The notes under the pieces are model-generated. The model was not told the DNA's origin, did not search any database, and saw nothing but the letters and a program-made list of their open reading frames with translations. From assembly GCF_964355755.1 (NCBI RefSeq), contig NC_092676.1:14340871-14404870 (forward strand): a stretch of 64,000 nt of DNA, read 5' to 3'. The first letter of the stretch is position 1; the number at the start of each line of letters is the position of its first letter. The position numbers and the translations under genes were made by a program. Source of the stretch: Antedon mediterranea (Eukaryota > Animalia > Echinodermata). Below are positions 51,701-60,700 of this stretch, piece by piece.

Positions 51701-54700
51701 CTAGCAGACAAAATGTTGAATATGGAGTTTCCCCGTCCGATTGTTCGTTTAGTTTTAAATTTCATTTGTGATAGAAAACAATTTGTTAATATTAATGGTG
51801 TTAAGTCAGAAATCGCAACCTCTGACACCGGTGTTCCTCAGGGTACTGTCAACGCACCTAAATTATATTCCTTGTATACGGCCGATTAGAGATCTTTAAA
51901 TGATGAGCTTTGCCCCGTTGTTAAATTCGCTGATGACACTTGTACTATTGGTCTCATACTGTAGTTTCAAACAATGATGAACATTATCGTAGCGAAATAC
52001 AAAGATTTGTTAAATTTTGTGACTATAATTATCTCCAAATAAATGCATCTAAAACAAAGGAGATGATCATTGATTTTAGGACTAAACATAAATTTAATTT
52101 TCAACCAATCACTATCAAAGGTAAAGAAATTGAAATTGTTGACCAGTACAAGTATCTAGGTATTGTTTTCAATGATAAACTGAGTTGGGGAGACCATATA
52201 GACTTCATCAGCAAAAAATTAAATCCCAGAATGTATTGTATGAGAACTTTATATAAATTTAACTCCTGTGATTTGATGTTACTTTCGTTCTATAGTTCCG
52301 TTATATGTAGTGTTTGGACGTACTGCCTCTCCTGTTGGGCTGGTAATGTTACCGGAGGGAATAAAGGACGCCTTGAAACTTTCATCCATCGGGCTGGTAA
52401 AATGATTGGTCTGGAACTGCCTTCCATTACCGATGTGCACCTAGAACACCTCCAGAAAGATTTTGAACGCATTGAGTCGGATGCCTCTCATCCTCTCCAC
52501 AAAGTGATCATAGACCAACTTAATCCAAGTGGTAGATTGAGGCTCCTCAGTGTGAAAACAAATCGATATGCCAAATCCTTTATTCCCTCCGGTATCATCC
52601 AGTACAACAGAAAGTCAAGAAGATAATTTTATCTTGTATTTTTTGATGTTTTTATATGAATGGTTTTATGCTATATTTGTTTTCTTGTTATTATGACGAG
52701 CAATGAATTTCTTTTTTGAGGATCAATAAAAGTTATCTTATCTTATCTTATCTCTCGCACATAACATTCATGATAAAGGCACCTCTAATTGGCCGGAAAA
52801 GACTTATGCAGCATGCTACCAATGAGCAAAACGATCATACTTTTTTCCTCCTCTTCATACATGTGGACTTTTTAAAAGACGAACATTTGTTGCTGTTTGT
52901 TAGATGCGCGTGTGCTCTGTGCGGAACCACCGATTGTTTGATTCACTCGGTATTACTTTAGGAGGGCCCCGAAAAAAGCACACTGTGTGTGAAGGAATAT
53001 GCAATTCTTATAGATCTATCTATATTTATTTACAGCAATTTGAAATTAAATATACCAATGTAAATAGATACAGTTGAGTTCATATTGGCTGGTGGTCTAG
53101 AAAAAAATAATCGGATGCTATAATGTAAACACAGTACGTAATACCATAGATATTATAGTGCAATAAATTAAAGCCCCATTCCCTACGTTTTTTAGATCTA
53201 ATTTAAGATCACAAAACTATATTTAATGTACCGTATATTTCGGTGTATAAGTCGCACTTTTGACACGCAAATTTGACCTCTAAATTAAGGGTGCGTCTTA
53301 TACACCGAACATAAATGCCTCATCACACAGATTGTACATAGGCCTAGGCTATCACCTCGTTTGCTAGGCGAGTAGGCTAGGCCTAGCTACAGTAACTAAC
53401 TAACGTAACGGCAACCTGCTTCTGCCTAGTTTTCAAGTCATTTCAGCATGATGTTATACTAAATATGATGAAAAGATTTGTTCATTATGGCGCTCCGATA
53501 AAATTTTATTTGTAAACGTTTACGTCGTACGATTGGAATAGTATTTATTTATACAGTAGTTATACGCACGACCGCCGTACCCCAAGCGCAAGCCCTTATT
53601 TTGGTGGCCACATGGTGTACGGTATTCGACTAGTATATTCTCCAGGTGATTATAGCATGGACCTAGCGTACACACTTCTCGGATACATAGATACTAATCG
53701 AATACGATTGTCCGTGAAAACGCGCGCCCTCTAGAAATGATCAAGCGAGGCTAGCCCACACACGTGCGTGTTACACACACGGTCATGCACTCGATGTTGC
53801 GGCGAAACTCATGAATAACAAGTTAGAAAGAACTTGTTGAGGCTGGGCGCGGCCGAGCCTAGGTAAGAAAAAACATAAATAAAGGATGCCGTTGTAGATA
53901 TAACAAAATATATTATTACAATAATATTGATTACAATTTAAAAAAACATTGTTTTGATGAAATATAAGGTGCGTCTTATACATCGACGATATAAAAAATA
54001 CCGATATTTTACTCTCAGTTGGGGGTGCGTCTTATACACAGGTGCGACTTATACACCGAAATATACGGTAAAAATAATACTATATGGTCCTATTGCGATA
54101 ACTTTTTTCGTCTTTAAACGGTTAAAAATGTGAAAAATAAGTCGATTCTAATAATTATAGCGGCCCGCTATAAATCCCAAAATGCATTGCGCGCGGATTG
54201 ATATTTTTGTTTTTCACCTGTAATTCGCCCACTTTTCGATCGATCGTGAGGCCAAAACAAATGGAAGACTCCTAACTTTTCAGCGAAAATACCGGGTTTT
54301 CCCCAATTTGTATCAACGGAGTCTGGCAAAAATAGAAAGACAATTAATGCAGCAACTATACAACGTCAGGCTAGGTATATAGCTCGCGTACGATGTTCGT
54401 ACGTTACCGATGTTTACCAGCTAGGCCTACAAAACTAAGCCTAGCTAGGCTAGGCCTAAGACCGTCCACGAGAGGTCGATCGCCGCGAGCTACTTAGGTA
54501 GTGCATTGTTTCTCACTTTTTATCATAATTTACCATAAAACGTACATTTAAGACAAGGAATGACATGGTTTAATGTTTTTAAAGTGATATATATGTATTA
54601 TTCTCCAAAAAACGTCCAAAATTGCAGGGAAGGGGTCTTTAATATTCACTATAATCCTCTATGATGATGATACACTATACTTCATAGCCACACATAAATA

Positions 54701-57700
54701 CTGATGTACTTCGGAAGGCTATATACTTTATGCATGCTGACTGCTAGTGATCTAAACAATAGGTACGCAGTTGTCTTGTGGTGCCCTTTGTACGAATCGT
54801 TCGTGTCCCAGCTCACTGTATGAGTACGATGGGGATGGGGGTTCGCAGTCGCTGTAAAGGGTGGTGGGGTGGGGTTCTATAAAAAAAAACCTGGCCACGA
54901 GCCTGGTTTTGTTGGTTCACACAAATTTTTTCTGGAATGTTAACACCGCAATAAATATTTAGCAAACTGTCTGATAATCCCTAGCTTAATAAGAGGTAGA
55001 ATACAGTTTAATTTGTATAAATAAGAACTAGCATTTCCGATCGCCATATGTTTTACTGTATTTATTTAGTGTGGTTCTTATAGGCCTACTGTATAAATAC
55101 AATCAACTTTATTACTGCGACAATCAGCAAAATGACGATGTGGACCGATGAGATAACATAATGATTGTTGTTATTTTGTGGAGGAAAATTATAGCGAGAG
55201 ACTCCAGAGGGGAATAAAAAGGATTCTGCGTTAACTTTTGGAGTACACCTTTACATCCCACCAGTCCAGGCTAACAATCTTTTGCATGTCCTTTTTTAGA
55301 CCTGTCGTTTTTGGTAGAGATATGTTGCCTAGCTAGTAGAGTAGCACCAACAGCGAAATGAACTTGCTCGCCCATGTGCCCTTATTAATATAACATTATT
55401 ATTCTGTTGTATGTGGTAGTAGGCCTATTTTTTATTTGGTTATAGTCAATTGACTGATGATTGGGTTTACAAATAATAAGCTTTTACAGAAGAGTTCAAT
55501 TTTTAATCCTACATGTAAGAGTTGTTTTAGGCAGAGATAGGATGTAAACAAACCAAATCATCTTGAACTGCATTTTGGGTAATTGTAGAGAAAGGTAAGA
55601 TGACAACACACAGGTCAGCAAATGAGTAGATATAGCACGGTTTAAAAGTTTGAGATGAAATAGTTTATTCAATAAACGTCTCTTAAAGTCTCATTCAATT
55701 CTATAATTAGAATAAATACAGAAAAGAATCATTAATAACCCTGATCTTATATTATAGCATACAACATACAGTTATAAATCTTCACAGCAAACATTCAGTG
55801 ATTAATTAAATAACAACAATCATATTAATTTTACAGCATGTAACCACAAAACATTGCTGAAATACATATGCAATGTCTCTTATCAACTTGCAATTAATAT
55901 CTCGATAACTCTTCATCATAAATTGGCCTATAATATGTTACATTTACTGTGATAACTTACAACTTTGCCGTGGTTGTACTGCCCCTGGAACACTTCCTAA
56001 AAAAAGCTTGTCCTCTTCATAGAGGTTTCGCCAGAAAAAACCAATACCAATACTGATCTGGACTCTGGAAATTAAAAATTTAGCAGGCAACATTTCACCA
56101 ATAAAAAAATGACAATATCATGATTATTATGATATCCATTTTTATTTAATAACAATAAATGGATATAATTATTTCGTCTTTTTTGTTGTTTTTGTGATGG
56201 AAAAAATATTGAGTGAACATTGGCACTGAGCTTAAATGTTCCCATTTACAGGAGTGTCTCCTCAGTTGGGATTGGCTGTTTCGCCCATTAATAATAAATT
56301 ATGGTGTCCACCTTATGTCCTCCCAATTTTAATGTGCTACACCCAATAATGATCCGCATAGAATAACTGTACAGTAGGCTCCCATTTGATTCAATGTGTC
56401 CAATCCATGCTATCCATTTGAAAGAATGTGCTTCCATTTGAAGGAATGTGCTACCCAATAATCCTTAAAATAATGTACAGTACTATATCCATTTGATTGT
56501 GCTACCCAATGTGCTATCCATTTGAAAGAATGTGCTATCCATTTAAAAGAATGTTCTACCCGATAATCCGTAAATGTACAGTACAATTATATCCATTTGA
56601 TTGTGCTATCCATTTTATGGCGTTCAGTTTGATAACCAAGAATGGAATTGTACTTTTTTGGTAGCGAGAGGTTTTGCATTTGGGAATCCTTAATTACGTA
56701 GTTTCATTTTTTCCCCACTATTGTTGAATTCTGGTAAGAAGTGCCGATGTCTTTCAGATGTCAAAAGCTTTTTTCCGAATTTGATCGCAAGTGAGTCTCT
56801 CCTGTCTTCAAGCTTAGGGATGCCAAGGGTATTACATGCTGCAGTATACGATTCATAACCTCCATTTATGATGCGCACTGATCTTTTCTGTATATATTCT
56901 AGCTGCTTGGTCTAATGTTGTAATATGGAGGAGTGCCAGACTAGGCAGCAGTATTCGACAACAAGTCTCACATAGGTTTGATACGTCGATACTTAACCGA
57001 CTGCGAACCCCCATCCCCGACATGCCCAATACCTCACCCTCATCTCCGAAAATCTTCCAAATACGTGCCCCACAGTACAAAAAGTTGTTCGTAAATTGAA
57101 AAATTCGTAAACTCGTTCGGAATAACTCATACAGTACCTTCTTCCCTGTATGAGCGTACTTCAAGCGATACGTGTCTGTAAATTTCTAAGAGTTGCAAAT
57201 GAATTGCCGATTTTAACCTGAAAGATAAATGTTTGGTCCCTGCATTTAACATGATATTGACGCGTCTCACAGCGAGCTGGGGCACGAACGATTTGTACAA
57301 AGGACACCGCCAGACAACTGCGTACCAATTGTTTAGATCACTGGCAGTCAGGCAGCATGCATAAAGTATACAGCCTTCCGACATACATCAGTATTTATGT
57401 ATGGCTATGAAGTATAATGTATCATCGAGGATTATAGTGAATATTAATATTTTACACTATAATATCTATGGTATCATGTACTGTAGTTCACATTATGGCA
57501 TCCGATTATTTTTTCTAGACCACCAGCCGATACGTATCAATATCACCTATTTACATTGGCATATTTAATTTCCTCAACAAATTGCTGTAAATAAATATTA
57601 TAGATAGAGCTATAATCAGAATTGCATTTGCCTTCACCCAGTGTGCTTTTTTCGGGGCTTCTCCTAGACGTACGTTCGCATTGAACTTGAACGCAAAACA

Positions 57701-60700
57701 AAATACCGACTAAATGATCAAACAATCGGCGGTTCCGCACAGAGCACACGCATCTAACATACGGCAACAAATGTTATCGTCCTTTAAATAGTCCACGAGT
57801 CCAAGTACGATCGTTTTGCTCATTGGTAGCATGCTGCATGAGAGTGTCTTTTCCGGCCATCTAGGGGTGTCATTTAAAAAAATTCGCTTCGCCTCAGGCC
57901 CCACCCCGTGGGGCCGGGGGTGACCATAGTGTCCGAACCCTCCCTTGACAGATCCAGGCTACGGCCCTGAGGTAGCAAGATTTTGCAGGACACTCTGTAG
58001 ACTGGCTTGCGAAGGATTTACTACCAATGTGATGCTCGCGATTGTAAGGTCGTCTACATATTTCCATCTATTTTCGGTATCTTCTGCCACATCATTAACC
58101 ATTACCGAAAACATTAAAGGTCCGAGTATGGTACCTTGTGGAACCCCGCATGTTAGATGTAGACAAAATTCTCATTGATCCCACTTTCTGGCACCTTTCC
58201 TGTAAGAAACTGCATACAAAGGAGATAAGTGAGGGCCTTATGTTACATGCGATCAACTTCTTCACCACAATAGTGTGGTTTATGTGGTCAAAAGCTTTGG
58301 TAAAGTTCACCGTACATACTGTCACCATTTTACCTGGTTTGTCTAAACCCTTATAAAGAAAGTCAATCTACTGTATAAGATAATGGTTAGTGGAGGCTCT
58401 TTTAACATTACCAAACTGTTGGCTGTCAAGTTGATTTGAAAAAAATAGCGGTGTCAAAGATATCGGTCGCATTTCATCTGGTGAACTAGCACTTTTAATT
58501 TTGGGACTGCTGTGATAATAGCTTCTTTCCTAATTTTTGGAAAAACGCTTTTTTCCAGGCAGCCATTAAATATATTAGTAAACGGTAAAGTCAATTCAAG
58601 AGCCAACTCTTTAATGATTCTTGCTGGTATGTCAATATCATGAGTAGCCTTGGTAACAGATTGTTTACATAACTCTTGATAGACCTGACCCTCATAAATT
58701 ACTGGTGGTGCTCTGGAAGGAAGATGTAGGTAGATGGCTACTATTCAGCCTAATTATAGGCATAGTGTATAGATATACTGTATGATATTATGATCCTTGA
58801 TAATTTTATAAAATTATAACAATCCTAACCACAAGGAGAGTTTCTTTTTTGTTGCAAAATTTGCCTTCATGTCACTTTTAATTCGCCTATGTGAACACTT
58901 ACAGAACAACTCCACATTTCCATTGGCAATTGTATTGGTTCCAAAGAATCTTGAATTTAATTCAATTCAACTTTTATTTCAGACAATTGTCCATATGGTA
59001 TAATACATTACACACAAAAAAATAAAGCTAATCTTTTTTTTCTAGTTTTGAAAGATGTAAATCAAAGTGAGGAGTTGGTACTGAACACTGTAGTAACAAT
59101 AAACAACCTAGCTTATTATAATATGCCAGGTAGTATGGTTGTAGAAAAACAGATAGATGTTTGTGAAAGTAGGTTTTATTGTTTTTTCTTCATTCATTTT
59201 CTATCATATAATGTATACTGTATTTATTTGAGTAAACGTCCCCGTTTATTTCTTCCGGATGTTTTTCAATTGATGGTGGGGGGGGGGGGGGATGTTCACT
59301 ATTCAAGGGAGGGTTTTTTTTTTGTAATATGGTAACAATCCAATGAATGCAATGTTGTATGGTTATGAATCTTTACATTTTCTGCCATTCATCACAGAAG
59401 TGTATTATGATTATTATAGTATTTTATTTATATTTTTGTTGTTATTTTATTATTTATTGGTATAGGATTAATTGTAATAGTTACTTTTGTTGTCTGTGCT
59501 CCATCACTTTTTTAAAATACCACCCAATATTATATTTTGATAATACATTAATTGATGTTTTTAATGTTTTTTTTAAATTATTTATTATTCATTTCAGTGT
59601 TAACAAAACTTTTGATGATGGATAATCAGGAGGGCATGGTCGAAGCTACTCGTGTGTTTGGTAATTTATCAAGATCATTTGAGGTCAGAGATTACATATC
59701 TACAAATAAAGGTAATTTTAATCACATTGGGTCTGTTTCTGCTGCATAACACAAAATAAAAATAGCAAGACCGCGTTGTGCTCAATTTGTGCTCCGAAAT
59801 AACCTGTTAAATCAGTGGGTGGTCGTCGACCCAAAACATCATCATTACCCAAAATGCAATACGCTGAGACGAAAGTTTGCTGTTTGTTTACATCGACTTC
59901 AGTACACACACGGGTGTACAAAATGTTGTCTCCAGGTCTACAAGTTTTGTTTTTTTATAAAGCCTACTTACCATCGTTAATAACATTACTTCTTATGGTG
60001 TATTCAAACATGGGGAGGGTCGTGCAGCGCCCCAATCGCCTAGGATAATTATTATCTAGCCTTATTCCTCATAAAAAGGCGATGTCATAAGGCCCCTTCC
60101 CACCGATTGAGCGCGGTCCTACAAAACACCGAACGGAAACAAAAACGAGACTCAGAATGTTGCAATACCTACCAAACGAGAATAGATAATTGTTAATTAA
60201 TTATGAAAACCCAACTTTTATAGCAGAATAGTCCGAATTTATGTTAAAAAGATGTGTTTAGCCACAAAAACTGAAACCAAACGAGAGTATCTAAACACAA
60301 TGGCACGTACATAGTGCCTTTAATAGAACAAAAAGTATTGTACAGCAGATCGTCAAAATTTATTATTGACCATGGCATTGACAAGGGTCGGAGAATATAA
60401 GTAACAGAAAAAGACAATGCTTAATGAATGAATGATAGTGTTTGTCACAAACTCCTCTTGCGTATGTTTCCGAGCGGTTGAAAATACTTTAGGAACTCCC
60501 TTGTGACATAAAAGTATACACACAAAATCCACAAAGTTGTAAAATAACTCAAAAACAAAGCTTTAATTTCAATCAACTTCAACTTTTAACAATCCAGTAA
60601 GCACTTTAAACAACAGCTTCACAATGACTTTACAATATAACATCCAACCTCTAATCCAACCTCTAATCCAACAACCTTACAATAGTTTACATCCCTTTAT

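Larger units (their letters stand above)
51409..54905 (+). mobile_element. hAT-like non-autonomous element, copy 1, host to nested insertions
   Basis: CAGGGCTGTAACCAGG ... CCTGGCCACGAGCCTG termini; the non-inserted parts match the reverse complement of 57260-57969; TSD not clean. Confidence 0.65.

Noticed and set aside
2424-54638. Long direct repeats bounding a composite (KolobokP-like) 52-kb element
   Set aside because: Each copy has its own TTAA flanks, sits in an unrelated host repeat, and together they enclose an ordinary host gene; no His-Me nuclease was seen.
8161-58730. RT ORFs as retron, DGR or group II intron systems
   Set aside because: They carry non-LTR or Penelope motifs, APE domains and microsatellite tails; no prokaryotic context.
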